Below the pieces are notes generated by a model that saw only the letters and a program-made list of their open reading frames with translations, made no database searches and had not been told where the DNA came from. This document shows positions 1-9,713 of a stretch of DNA of 64,000 nt, one piece after another. The position numbers and the translations under genes are program-made. Source of the DNA: a virus (lineage: Duplodnaviria > Caudoviricetes); the IMG/VR virus record IMGVR_UViG_3300024046_000025, positions 13,511-77,510 of that record; one strand, given 5' to 3'. The number at the start of each line of letters is the position of its first letter. Position 1 is the stretch's first letter.

Positions 1-1
1 C

Positions 2-556
2 CTCGGCGGGACCGGCGCAAAAGCTGATGCGTTCGCCATGTGGCCGGCGCAGTTCATCGGGCGGGAAATCCGCACCCGAGACTATTACGAGGCGCAGGGG
101 CAGGCGCTCGCCGCGCATATCAACTGGCTCCATTCGAAGGGTTACACCCCAGATAAGGCCGATATCGTTCTCCCGCACGATGGGGAAACGAATGACCGCG
201 TTGTCGATGTGTCTTTCGAGAGCGCATTTCGCGCAGCCGGCTATTCGGTGACGGTAATTCCAAACCAAGGCAAGGGCGCGGCAAGGATGCGCATCGAGGC
301 CGGCCGCCGCCATTTCGGGGCGATATGGTTCGATGAGGAAAGCACAGTGGCCGGGCGTGAGGCGTTAGGCTGGTATCACGAGAAGAAATCCGACGATGAC
401 CGCAATATCGGTCTTGGACCTGAGCATGACTGGTCCAGTCACGGCGCTGACGCCTTCGGCATGATGTGCGTGGTCTATGAGGAGCCGCGAGCTAAGCGGC
501 CTTCTGATGATGAATTTTACGGCTCCCGTGGCGGCGCCGGAGGTTGGATGGGGTGA
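2..556 (+). CDS. Terminase large subunit, C-terminal nuclease part (5'-truncated by window)
   Basis: Frame is open from base 2 (LGGTGAKADAFAMW...). Contains the HDWSSHGADAF nuclease motif and lies immediately before the portal. Confidence 0.88.
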   Translation, partial: LGGTGAKADAFAMWPAQFIGREIRTRDYYEAQGQALAAHINWLHSKGYTPDKADIVLPHDGETNDRVVDVSFESAFRAAGYSVTVIPNQGKGAARMRIEAGRRHFGAIWFDEESTVAGREALGWYHEKKSDDDRNIGLGPEHDWSSHGADAFGMMCVVYEEPRAKRPSDDEFYGSRGGAGGWMG

Positions 557-558
557 AT

Positions 559-2595
559 ATGGCAGACGACGAAAAGCCCCGCGACAAGGACGCGCTTTTG
601 GCCGAAGCCAAGAAGCTATTCACCCGATGCGAGGAAAACGAAAGCGAGAACAGGCAGGCCTATAAGGACGACATGCTGTTTGTCCGCGCCCGCGAGCAGT
701 GGCCCGAAGCGATCCGCAAGCAGCGGGAATCGGAAAATCGCCCATGCCTAACCATCGATCGCCTTGGCCCCGTTGTGCGCCAGGTCGTCAACGACGCCCG
801 GCAGAACAAGCCCTCGATCAAGGTTCACCCCGTCGAGGACGGCGACAAGGATACCGCGCTCATCATCAACGGGCTGATCCGCAATATAGAATACACGTCC
901 AACGCGGACGTGGCTTACGATACGGCGGTGGAGACGGCGACGGCCGGCAATGTCGGCTATATCCGCGTCGGGCTGGACTATGCCTATGACGACAGTTTCG
1001 ATCTCGACATTCAGATCAACCGCGTCGCCAACCCGCTGAGCATCTACGGCGACCCCAATTCAACGGCGGCGGATAGCTCGGACTGGAATGTTGCCTTTGT
1101 TGTGGATCGGGTGCCGCGCGAAACTTTCAAGGCCAACTATCCCAAGGCCACCATTACCGATTGGGACAGCGATGCTTGGAAAGATGCGGGCGAGTGGCTG
1201 AACAGCGACGGTGTCCTTGTTGCTGAATGGTGGATGCGGGAGCAGATCGAGAAGACCATCGTCAAAACGACTGATGGCCGGATCTTTGACGAGGCCCAAC
1301 TCTCCGAGGATGAAGACCTGGCACTTGCGGTTGAGGCGGGGCTGATCCAGATCGCTACCGACACACAGGGTCAGCCAATCCGCCGCGTAACCAAGGGCTA
1401 TCGGGTTATTCAGCGCATCATGACCGGCGCCGAAATCCTTTCCGAGCGAGAATGGCCCGGAAAATATATCCCGGTCATCCCGGTTTACGGGGATGAATTC
1501 TGGATCGACGGCAAGCGCTATCTCCGATCCCTTATCAATGGGGCCAAGGATGCGCAGATGATGCTCAACTTCTGGCGCACGTCTGGAACCGAGCTTGTCG
1601 CCCTTGCCCCGCGCGTCCCATTCATCGGGCCCAAAGGTGCATTTGACAGCGACCAGGAGCGTTGGCAAACGGCTAACACACAGAGCCATGCTTACATCGA
1701 GTATGATGGCAGAGAAGCGCCCCAACGCCAGCCACTCGACAGCGGTATCGCTGCCGGATCGATGCAGGAAGCGTTGAACGCCTCGGACGACATCAAGGCC
1801 ATCACCGGGCTCTATGATGCGTCGATGGGGGCGCGGTCGAACGAAACCAGCGGTCGGGCGATCCTTGCCAGGCAACGTGAGGGGGATGTGTCCACCTTCC
1901 ATTTCATCGATAACCTGTCCCGTGCCATCCGGCACACGGGTCGGGTCATCATCGACCTGATCCCGCATGTTTACACCGCGCCCCGCATAATCAGGGTGAT
2001 CGGTGAGGATGGATCGCAGACGCCCCAGGCTATCAACCAGCCCGCCCCGGTGATCGACAAGGACACTGGCCAGCCCAAGGTTGATGAGCAAGGCCAGGTC
2101 ATCACGGCGATCCATGATTTGACCAGCGGAAAGTATGATCTGACTGTGACATCCGGGCCCAGCTACACCACGCTCCGGCAGGAGCAGGCTGACCAGATGA
2201 TGCAGCTTTTGCAGGCCTATCCCGCTGCTGCGCCGCTCATCGGCGATATTCTGGTCAAATCTCTGGATTGGCAGGGCTCTGACGAGATCGCCGAGCGCAT
2301 CCGCAAGATGCTGCCGCCGCAGGTGCAGGGCCAGCCGCAGATTCCGCCCGAGGTTCAGAAGGCGGTTCAGGAGGGCATGCAGCGCATCCAGCAGCTTGAG
2401 CAGGAGAATGAGGCGCTCAAGGCTGACAAGTCTGCCGATTTTGCGAAAATCCAGAGTGACGAGCAAATCGAGCTGGAAAAAATCGCCAGCAACGAACGCG
2501 TTGAGGCGGCCAAGATCGCCTCCCAGGAAAGCATTGCCCGCCAGCGCGTATTGCGTGAGGCGACCATGCGAAACACGCCGCAAACAGCGGCCTGA
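559..2595 (+). CDS. P22-like portal protein
   Basis: ~680 aa after terminase, with RPCLTIDRLGPVVRQVVND, SGRAILARQREG and a C-terminal coiled coil. ATG at 559 preferred over TTG at 544. Confidence 0.9.
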   Translation: MADDEKPRDKDALLAEAKKLFTRCEENESENRQAYKDDMLFVRAREQWPEAIRKQRESENRPCLTIDRLGPVVRQVVNDARQNKPSIKVHPVEDGDKDTALIINGLIRNIEYTSNADVAYDTAVETATAGNVGYIRVGLDYAYDDSFDLDIQINRVANPLSIYGDPNSTAADSSDWNVAFVVDRVPRETFKANYPKATITDWDSDAWKDAGEWLNSDGVLVAEWWMREQIEKTIVKTTDGRIFDEAQLSEDEDLALAVEAGLIQIATDTQGQPIRRVTKGYRVIQRIMTGAEILSEREWPGKYIPVIPVYGDEFWIDGKRYLRSLINGAKDAQMMLNFWRTSGTELVALAPRVPFIGPKGAFDSDQERWQTANTQSHAYIEYDGREAPQRQPLDSGIAAGSMQEALNASDDIKAITGLYDASMGARSNETSGRAILARQREGDVSTFHFIDNLSRAIRHTGRVIIDLIPHVYTAPRIIRVIGEDGSQTPQAINQPAPVIDKDTGQPKVDEQGQVITAIHDLTSGKYDLTVTSGPSYTTLRQEQADQMMQLLQAYPAAAPLIGDILVKSLDWQGSDEIAERIRKMLPPQVQGQPQIPPEVQKAVQEGMQRIQQLEQENEALKADKSADFAKIQSDEQIELEKIASNERVEAAKIASQESIARQRVLREATMRNTPQTAA

Positions 2596-2631
2596 TCTCA
2601 CCAGCACCAACCGATAGGAGTGCATCGTCCC

Positions 2632-3552
2632 ATGGCCGACGAACAGGAACTTTCTGCGCCCAGCGAACTGCCCGAGCAGGCAGCAATCGCCCCGGAAGCA
2701 GGAGAAACCGAAGCCCCTGAAACCATCCTCGATCCGGGCGACCAGATCGGACAGGAGGGGCAGGGCGAAGGTGATGAGGGTGAGCCGCCGACGCTCGAAT
2801 ATGTTCAGATCGAGCGGAACGGCAAGCAGTATCAGGTACCGAAAGAGCTTGAGGGCGAATTCCTCATGCAGTCGGATTACACCAAGAAAACCCAGACCGT
2901 GGCAGAGCGGGCCAAGGCACTTGACGAGCGGGAAGCCGCAATCGGCAAGCAGGCCGAAGCCACCGAGGCGGAGCTGGACGCGCGGGCAACCCTGCGCACC
3001 ATCGAGACGACACTGGCCGAATACGCCAAGCTGTCGCCACAAGACTGGCAGGCTCATATGCAGACCGATCCGCTGGGCACCCAGCAGCATCGGATGCAGT
3101 ATGAAGACCTGAAGGCCCAGAAGGCTGAACTGGAAGGTAAAATCAGCCAGGCGCAGGCCGAGCGGACTGAGAAGGCGCAGCAAGACCTTGCCAAGCGCGT
3201 TCAGGAAACCCTCGACGCTGCAATGACCATCATTCCCGGCATTACGGCCGAAACCCGTGGTCCTGCCATCGACAAGCTGGTTGCTTTCGCAAACTCGGAG
3301 GGTATTCCCGAGCAGGTGCTGAAAGACAACTGGAGCCCGACGCTCCTTGGCTTGTTGCACAAGGCCCATATCGGCGCGCTTGCCATCGCAAAGCAATCCG
3401 CTCCCAAGCCGGCACCGACGCCCCCGGCGGCCCCTCTCCAGACCGTCCGCACCGCAACAAGTCCTCAGGCGACCCGCTCGCTGGGTGACATTGCCAAGTC
3501 CGACGACATGGAGGCCTACGCCGCTGCACGGGCAGCAGGGCGGAAGCGGTAA
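2632..3552 (+). CDS. Scaffolding protein
   Basis: Acidic N-terminus, DYTKKTQ motif, coiled coil, basic C-terminal helix; lies between portal and coat. AGGAG RBS at 2616-2620. Confidence 0.8.
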   Translation: MADEQELSAPSELPEQAAIAPEAGETEAPETILDPGDQIGQEGQGEGDEGEPPTLEYVQIERNGKQYQVPKELEGEFLMQSDYTKKTQTVAERAKALDEREAAIGKQAEATEAELDARATLRTIETTLAEYAKLSPQDWQAHMQTDPLGTQQHRMQYEDLKAQKAELEGKISQAQAERTEKAQQDLAKRVQETLDAAMTIIPGITAETRGPAIDKLVAFANSEGIPEQVLKDNWSPTLLGLLHKAHIGALAIAKQSAPKPAPTPPAAPLQTVRTATSPQATRSLGDIAKSDDMEAYAAARAAGRKR

Positions 3553-3591
3553 TTCCTCACACGCCCTAGGGCGAAATTCAAAGGCAGTAAA

Positions 3592-4836
3592 ATGGCCAAC
3601 CGTACTCTGACGGCGGATATCATCGCCGCCGAGGCCATTACCATTCTCGACAATGAGCTGGTGATGGCCAAGCGCGTCTTTCGTGGATACGAGGACGATT
3701 TCTCCAAGAAGGTGAACGGCTACAAGGTGGGTGAAACCATCTCGATCCGCAAGCCGACCGACTTCACTGTCCGCGACGGCGCGGTCATGAACGTGCAGGA
3801 CGTGACCGAAGGCAAGACCACGATCACCGTGGACAAGCGCAAGGGCATCGACTTCAAGTTCACCTCGCAAGACCTGACCTTGAATATTGCCGATCTGTCC
3901 GAGCGGGTCATCAAGCCCGCCATGGTGCAGCTCGCCAACCAGGTCGATACCGATGTGATGGGGCTCTACCAGCAGGTGCCGAACTGGGTCGGCACGCCTG
4001 GCCAGGTGGTCAACTCCTATGCGGACTTCGCCAAGGCGCCTGAGCGGCTGGATGAATATGCCATCCCCTCCGAACGCTCGGCGGTCCTGTCGCCTCAGGA
4101 TCATTGGGGCCTGCTTGGCTCCCAGACCGCGCTCTATATCCAGGACGCGGCCAAGGGCGCCTATCGCAAGGGCTCGCTGGGCGAAATCGGCGGTGTGGAC
4201 ACGTATATGTCCCAGAACGTGCCGACCCACACCACCGGCAGCCGCTCCGGCTCCCCGCTGATCGATCTCTCGATCACGGCCAGCACCATCACCTATGACC
4301 AGGTGAAGGACACCAACCAGCAGACGATTCACATCGACACGCTGGGCGGCGCAACCCAGACCATCGCCGCCGGCGACGTGTTCACCATCGATGGCGTCTA
4401 TGCGGTCAACCCTGTGACCAAGGCCACGCTACCGTTCCTCAAGCAGTTTACCGTGGTCGAGGATGCGACGGCGACGGGTTCGGAAACCGATCTGGTCATC
4501 TCCCCGGCGATGATCTGGACCGGCGCGTTCAAAAACGTGGATGTGCAGGGCGTCACCGATCTGAATAATCAGCCGGTGAACTTCCTTGGCGATGCGTCGA
4601 AGAACTATCGCCAGAACCTTGTGTTCCACCGGAATGCTTTCGCGCTGGTCACGGTCCCGCTGGTGTCGCCTCCGGGCGCCGTCGATGTGGCGCGCAAGTC
4701 CTACAAAGGCCTGAACGTCCGCGTCATCCCTGTCTATGACGGGGTGAACGATGAGAGCGCCTGGCGCCTGGATATCCTCTACGGCACCAAGGCGATCGAC
4801 CCGCGCCTTGCCACCCGCCTCAGCGGCACGGCCTGA
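3592..4836 (+). CDS. Major capsid protein, P22 coat (gp5) family
   Basis: 414 aa, MANRTLTADII start, GETISIRKP, C-terminal RLDILYG; highly biased codons. Confidence 0.9.
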   Translation: MANRTLTADIIAAEAITILDNELVMAKRVFRGYEDDFSKKVNGYKVGETISIRKPTDFTVRDGAVMNVQDVTEGKTTITVDKRKGIDFKFTSQDLTLNIADLSERVIKPAMVQLANQVDTDVMGLYQQVPNWVGTPGQVVNSYADFAKAPERLDEYAIPSERSAVLSPQDHWGLLGSQTALYIQDAAKGAYRKGSLGEIGGVDTYMSQNVPTHTTGSRSGSPLIDLSITASTITYDQVKDTNQQTIHIDTLGGATQTIAAGDVFTIDGVYAVNPVTKATLPFLKQFTVVEDATATGSETDLVISPAMIWTGAFKNVDVQGVTDLNNQPVNFLGDASKNYRQNLVFHRNAFALVTVPLVSPPGAVDVARKSYKGLNVRVIPVYDGVNDESAWRLDILYGTKAIDPRLATRLSGTA

Positions 4837-4843
4837 TGCTGTC

Positions 4844-4863
4844 GGCGGGGCTTCGGTCCCGCC
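4844..4863 (+). terminator. GC-rich cUUCGg hairpin after coat gene (no U-tract; weak terminator or mRNA stabiliser)
   Basis: GGCGGGGC-TTCG-GTCCCGCC. Confidence 0.6.
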
Positions 4864-4904
4864 GCTTCCGCTTCCTCTCCCTCAATTCATGAAAGGATAG
4901 TCTC

Positions 4905-5147
4905 ATGGCTATCAAACAGCTTTCCGATGGCGGCCCGGATGGGGTGGCGCTCGGGCAGACTAACGACAAGATCGGTTTTCTGGGTGCTGCGCCTTCGGCT
5001 AAGGCCACCGGATTCACCGCGCCAGCAGCCACCGCCGCTACGAGCACGACGCCGTTTGGGTTCAGCGAGGCTCAGGCCAATGCCATCGTGGCATGGATTC
5101 GAGCCGCTGACGCTGAACTGAAGGCCAAGGGCCTGATCGGGGCCTAA
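4905..5147 (+). CDS. Small virion protein (possible capsid decoration), 80 aa
   Basis: AGGA RBS, Ala/Thr-rich, directly after coat gene; function inferred from position only. Confidence 0.6.
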   Translation: MAIKQLSDGGPDGVALGQTNDKIGFLGAAPSAKATGFTAPAATAATSTTPFGFSEAQANAIVAWIRAADAELKAKGLIGA

Positions 5148-5152
5148 TGCAA

Positions 5153-5180
5153 TGGCGGGGGCTTCGGTCCCTGCCACTTT
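5153..5180 (+). terminator. Rho-independent terminator-like cUUCGg hairpin
   Basis: TGGCGGGGGC-TTCG-GTCCCTGCCA followed by CTTTT. Confidence 0.7.
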
Positions 5181-5192
5181 TCGAGGCGCGCC

Positions 5193-5831
5193 ATGAATTA
5201 TGCTGAGCTACAGGCCGAAGCCATCGACTGGATGGAGCGGAGCGGCCAGGCGACCAAGGCCCCGCTCTGGATAAAGCTGGCTGAAGCGCGCTTCAATCGT
5301 GAGCTTGGCGTGGTCGAGCTAAGCGCAGGCCTGACGGGGGTTCAGGCATCCCGTAACGTCAGCATTTCAGCGCTCGCCATGGAGCGGCCCATTGCGTTGC
5401 TCATGTCCGAGGCCGGCAGCGACGAAGAAACCCTGACGCCCAAGGCAGAGGGGACGTTTGAGTATCGCGCCAGCACCGGCAGGCCAAAATTCTGGGCAAT
5501 CGACGGAGAGAATATCGCGCTCGACTGCCCTCTGGACAAGGCCTACTCCTTCAGGCTGCGCTATCGCCAGCGCTTTGCGCTTTCCGATACCGTGCCGACC
5601 AATTGGCTTCTCGACAACCATCCTGATCTGTATCTGGCCGGGGTGCTGGTCTGGGGGGCGGGCTACAACCAGGACTGGCCGAATGGCACGATCTGGAAGC
5701 AAATTATCGAAGAAAGCATTCCGCAGGTCAGAAGCCAGATTGCGCAGTCCAAACGTGGCACCGCAACGGTTGATCCGGCGCTTGCCATGGTGTCGCGTGG
5801 CTCGCGTTACGGCATGCAAAGGATCGGCTGA
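5193..5831 (+). CDS. Head-to-tail adaptor-like protein
   Basis: 212 aa in the adaptor position; MNYAELQ start and NWLLDNHPDLYL motif typical of podovirus adaptors. Confidence 0.65.
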   Translation: MNYAELQAEAIDWMERSGQATKAPLWIKLAEARFNRELGVVELSAGLTGVQASRNVSISALAMERPIALLMSEAGSDEETLTPKAEGTFEYRASTGRPKFWAIDGENIALDCPLDKAYSFRLRYRQRFALSDTVPTNWLLDNHPDLYLAGVLVWGAGYNQDWPNGTIWKQIIEESIPQVRSQIAQSKRGTATVDPALAMVSRGSRYGMQRIG

Positions 5832-7303
5832 TGCAGTTCCCCTTCGGCCCGCTTGCGCCCGACAGAACGGCAGGGACGCCCGGTATTTGTCTGGTGGCGA
5901 ACAATGTGCTGCCCAAGGCCATGGGGTACGGACCTCGGGCGCAATTGGTGACGGTGGAAACCGCAGGCGCGCTTCCCGGTGAACCACGAGGCATGATTAC
6001 CTGTCTCAAGCGGAACGGCTCGACGGAGGTTTTCGGCTTCACAGTGGACTCGCTCTATCGGCTTGGAGCCGATTTCACATGGACGCAGATCGAGACGGGG
6101 TTCAACTGCACCAGCGGGGACGATTGGTCTTGCGTCCAGTTTGGCAATTTCTTGCTGTTCACCAATACAAGCGACGGCCTTTGGGCCTATGACATGGAGT
6201 TCGGCGGTTCCCCCACATATATCCCGGAGGCCGGCGACCCCCGCGAAATTGAAGTCATCGCGAACATGGTGTTCGCCTTGGACTGCAAGGACGATCAGGG
6301 CGACCGTAATAACCGGCTGATCCGCAATAGCGACTTCAACAGCCACTTGGAATGGTCCAAGCGGGCGGCGGACCAGCAACCCCTTGAAACGGGCGGCGAG
6401 CTGCGAGGCGCGTTCAATCTGCGAAACGGCGCGGCGGTGATCTTGCAGGCCACAGCCATGCGGCTGTTGCAGTTCGGCAATGCCGGCGGCGGTGCGCTCT
6501 ATTCCTTGCAGGAAATCAGTCTTGAGCGCGGCGTGGTGGGGCGGAAATCCTGCGTTGCCTTTGATGGCGTGCTCTATGGCATTTCCACCAATGGCTATTT
6601 CCGGTTCTCGCTCAGCGCTGGGCTGGAAATGATCGGCGCGCATTTTATCGATGAGCAATTGCTGTCACGCGTTGGCCTGCCGGATTTGCCGAAGGTTCAA
6701 GGCGCAATTGATCCGGCTCGGAAAATCGTGCTTTGGCGCTACCCGGAAAAAGGCGCGGCCGATCCTAACCGCACCTCGTCGCTTTACGGCTATCGCTGGG
6801 ATACCCCAGAAAACCCCTGGTTCACCTGGGATGAGGAAATTACCTATCTCAGCCGCGTGGCAACGGCGGGCTATACGCTGGAAGACCTCGACGCCTTCGG
6901 CACGGTGGACAGCATCACCATTTCCTGGGACGACAGGTTTTGGCAGGGCGGCCAGCAGGTCTTTGCCGCCCTCGGGCCTGATCTAAAATACGCGACCTTC
7001 TCGGGGCCCAATGCTGCGGCGCGCATTGTCACCTCCACGCAAAACAGCCCCATATCGACCCTGATCGGCTGGGCAACGCCCATTGACGACTGCCCCAATT
7101 CGATGCTGGCCCTGGGCGCGGCCGATGCGCTCTCGGACGCGTTGGCTTGGAAGCCGGCGGCGACGAAGGTTTCAGGTGGGCGCGTTCCGATGCGGGGCAG
7201 GGGCCTAAACATCGCCTTTGACTGGTCTGCTCCTGCCGGGGCGATCTGGTCCTACGCCCATGGCGTGGATCACATCAAGGCAGCAGGAGGCGGCCCGAAA
7301 TGA
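5831..7303 (+). CDS. Tail nozzle / stabilisation protein (P22 gp10 / T7 gp12-like position)
   Basis: 490 aa, beta-rich, coupled to adaptor (TGATG overlap). Confidence 0.65.
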   Translation: MQFPFGPLAPDRTAGTPGICLVANNVLPKAMGYGPRAQLVTVETAGALPGEPRGMITCLKRNGSTEVFGFTVDSLYRLGADFTWTQIETGFNCTSGDDWSCVQFGNFLLFTNTSDGLWAYDMEFGGSPTYIPEAGDPREIEVIANMVFALDCKDDQGDRNNRLIRNSDFNSHLEWSKRAADQQPLETGGELRGAFNLRNGAAVILQATAMRLLQFGNAGGGALYSLQEISLERGVVGRKSCVAFDGVLYGISTNGYFRFSLSAGLEMIGAHFIDEQLLSRVGLPDLPKVQGAIDPARKIVLWRYPEKGAADPNRTSSLYGYRWDTPENPWFTWDEEITYLSRVATAGYTLEDLDAFGTVDSITISWDDRFWQGGQQVFAALGPDLKYATFSGPNAAARIVTSTQNSPISTLIGWATPIDDCPNSMLALGAADALSDALAWKPAATKVSGGRVPMRGRGLNIAFDWSAPAGAIWSYAHGVDHIKAAGGGPK

Positions 7304-7656
7304 GCTACACCGTCAATGGTGGGGCAATCCTCACCGAATGCGTCAGCCTTGATGGCGATACGCCGGCCGACCTCATGACGGCGGCGGGCAAAACGCTTGT
7401 CGTGGCCCTCTATGTGGCGGAGACGGGTGGAAGTACCCCCAGCGTCACCATTGAGAAATTCGACGGCTCCATGTCCTGCTATCTGCTCAAGGACGCGGCA
7501 TTGCAGGCCGGCGAGCTGATACGCTTGGATATTCTGGTCAACCTCAAGAACGGAGACATTCTCCGGGCAACGGGTTCATCCGGCGGTTCCATGGACGTCT
7601 GGGTATCCTATATGGCGGCCGATAAGACTGCGCTGGGCTCGCCCGGCTGGCGCTGA
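7300..7656 (+). CDS. Hypothetical virion protein, 118 aa
   Basis: Translationally coupled on both sides within the structural operon. Confidence 0.65.
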   Translation: MSYTVNGGAILTECVSLDGDTPADLMTAAGKTLVVALYVAETGGSTPSVTIEKFDGSMSCYLLKDAALQAGELIRLDILVNLKNGDILRATGSSGGSMDVWVSYMAADKTALGSPGWR

Positions 7657-8075
7657 TGCAGGTCACATTGCTGGATACGGCCCAGATCGACCGCAATTGG
7701 GATGCGATAGTCGAGATGCTGGCGCCGGCGCTCAGGCATGATCCCGAATTCGACATGGACGGGCTTTATGGGCGGCTGATGGACCGCTCTTCATTGCTGT
7801 TCCATGGCAGCGATGGCGCTGAGGGGCTTCTGGTTGTTTCAGTCGATGATGAGGGTGGTGACCTGATCGCGTCCACCATTGCGATTGCTGGGCGCTTCAT
7901 CGGCGGACCAAAGGCGAGGTTGGGCCTGATGCGCCAAGGCATCAGGGCGATTGAAGATGTGGCCCGAATTGCTGGATGCAAAGAGCATCGCATCGCCGGG
8001 CGGGATTATTCACGGTTTTTCTCCGATTACGAGCCCCTCCATGGGCCGCGTAACGGGCTGACAAAGAGGCTCTAG
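7656..8075 (+). CDS. GNAT-fold-like tail assembly protein
   Basis: 139 aa with the AGCKEHRIAGR pattern; this position before the ejection genes is typical of podoviruses. Confidence 0.5.
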   Translation: MQVTLLDTAQIDRNWDAIVEMLAPALRHDPEFDMDGLYGRLMDRSSLLFHGSDGAEGLLVVSVDDEGGDLIASTIAIAGRFIGGPKARLGLMRQGIRAIEDVARIAGCKEHRIAGRDYSRFFSDYEPLHGPRNGLTKRL

Positions 8076-8076
8076 C

Positions 8077-8796
8077 ATGGGCGGTCAAACCACCAACACC
8101 ACGACGCAGACCAGCGGACTTTCCAACCCTGGAATGAACGCTGCGGCCACCACCATCGGCAACCAGCTCAACTCGGCGCTGGCAGGCGGGGTGAAGCCTT
8201 ATACGCAAAGCCTTGTCCCTGACCTTTCGAGCCAGACGCAGGCGGGTATCTCCGGGCTGACGGGTAACCCCAACAATTCGATTTTCTCGCAGGGCATTTC
8301 CGACACCCTTCGCGGCCAGGCCGATATTGCCGCGGGGAATGTCCAGAACGATGCATTGCGCCAGCGGGCGCTGGATGATGCACTGACGGCCAGCAATTCG
8401 GTGTTTACGTCCTCGGGCCGGTTCGGCTCCGGCTCCCATGCGGAAAACATGGCAGAGGGGGCAACAAACGCGCTGGCCTCTCTCGACTATGGGAGACAGC
8501 AGCAGGCCATCCAGAACCTTCCGGGGCTCTATCAGGCGTCCATGATGCCGGCGTCGGCGCAATTGCAGGCGGGCCAGCTTATGGACACCTACAATACCGC
8601 ACGGGCGCAGGATGCAGAGCGCATTTGGGATGCCACGAACAACGCGAACTGGAACACGTTGCAGCGCGGCGGATCGATCTTTGCGGGCACGGCGCCAGTT
8701 TCGGGGACCAAAACGAGCGGAACGCAGACCACGGATCACCCGTGGTGGATGGGGCCGGCTGTAATCGGCGGAACCATCGCCAGCGCCATTTTCTAG
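8077..8796 (+). CDS. DNA ejection (pilot) protein 1
   Basis: MGG start, T/Q/S/G-rich, C-terminal hydrophobic glycine-rich tail. Confidence 0.65.
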   Translation: MGGQTTNTTTQTSGLSNPGMNAAATTIGNQLNSALAGGVKPYTQSLVPDLSSQTQAGISGLTGNPNNSIFSQGISDTLRGQADIAAGNVQNDALRQRALDDALTASNSVFTSSGRFGSGSHAENMAEGATNALASLDYGRQQQAIQNLPGLYQASMMPASAQLQAGQLMDTYNTARAQDAERIWDATNNANWNTLQRGGSIFAGTAPVSGTKTSGTQTTDHPWWMGPAVIGGTIASAIF

Positions 8797-8806
8797 GAGG
8801 CCTTTC

Positions 8807-9709
8807 ATGGCTGATTTCAAGTTTCAGCGCATCGGCCAGATGCTCGGTTGGGGCGACAACCCGATCTATAAGAGCTTTGACGCCAATCGCAGCGCCCTGA
8901 TGCAGGGCTTTGCGGGGCTCGGCATGGACCCGATGAACCCCGCCGCTGGTTTCGCGCAGGGATTTGCGCGGGGGACCGAGATTGACCGCGACCTTGCCAA
9001 AGAGCAGCAGGAGCAGGCGCGCCAAGACGAGATGCGCCAGCGGTACGCCCAAACCCTTTCAGGGTGGGGCGGTGAATACGGCGATTTGGCCGAAGCTGTT
9101 CTGGCGGGCGGTATCGAGCCAGCCGACGCGTATATGACCGCATGGCAGCGGCGGTATGCGCCTCAGTCTGCGCCCGACCCGACCACGGCGATACAGGAAT
9201 ACCAATACGCTCAGGGGCAGGGGTACGGCGGCACCTTCGAGCAGTGGAAAACTGATGTTGCCAAGGCTGGCGCCACGAACATTGATTTCAATCAGAGCCA
9301 GGGCGTTGCTGCTGGATATGCCGACCGCATGGCAGCGGCCAACGCTATCCTTGAAGATCCCAAACTGACCCAAGCCCAGACTGATGTTGGCCAGCAGTGG
9401 TTGGGCGGTATTCCAGTCGTCGGGAACTTCCTGACCTCGGAAGAAAAGAAGAAGGCCGATCAGGCGCAGCGTGATTTCGTGAACGCTATCCTCCGTCGAG
9501 AGTCTGGGGCCGTGATTTCAGAGTCTGAGTTTGCCAGCGCAGCGCAGCAGTATTTCCCGCAGCCCGGCGACACCCCCGCCGTCATCGAGCAAAAGCGCAA
9601 GAACCGTGAAATGGCGATTCAGGGCGTGGCGCGTTCGGCGGGGCCGAATTATCAATCCCCGACGCTGACGCCAGCGGGGGTTGTCCCATACACTGAGTTT
9701 TTTAGGTAG
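8807..9709 (+). CDS. DNA ejection protein 2
   Basis: 300 aa, Q/A-rich; C-terminal QAQRDFVNAILRRESGAVI...QYFPQPGD motif seen in podovirus ejection proteins. Confidence 0.65.
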   Translation: MADFKFQRIGQMLGWGDNPIYKSFDANRSALMQGFAGLGMDPMNPAAGFAQGFARGTEIDRDLAKEQQEQARQDEMRQRYAQTLSGWGGEYGDLAEAVLAGGIEPADAYMTAWQRRYAPQSAPDPTTAIQEYQYAQGQGYGGTFEQWKTDVAKAGATNIDFNQSQGVAAGYADRMAAANAILEDPKLTQAQTDVGQQWLGGIPVVGNFLTSEEKKKADQAQRDFVNAILRRESGAVISESEFASAAQQYFPQPGDTPAVIEQKRKNREMAIQGVARSAGPNYQSPTLTPAGVVPYTEFFR

Positions 9710-9713
9710 CCCC

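Noticed and set aside
1060-4332. 1090-aa minus-strand ORF, and similar long antisense ORFs (e.g. 58440-62036, 37051-39363, 42390-44411)
   Set aside because: They mirror well-supported + strand genes, have no motifs and show the composition expected of shadow frames in high-GC DNA.
4800-4905. Capsid read-through or frameshift extension into the 80-aa gene (T7 10A/10B style)
   Set aside because: No slippery sequence before the coat stop, a stable hairpin follows, and the 80-aa ORF has its own RBS.
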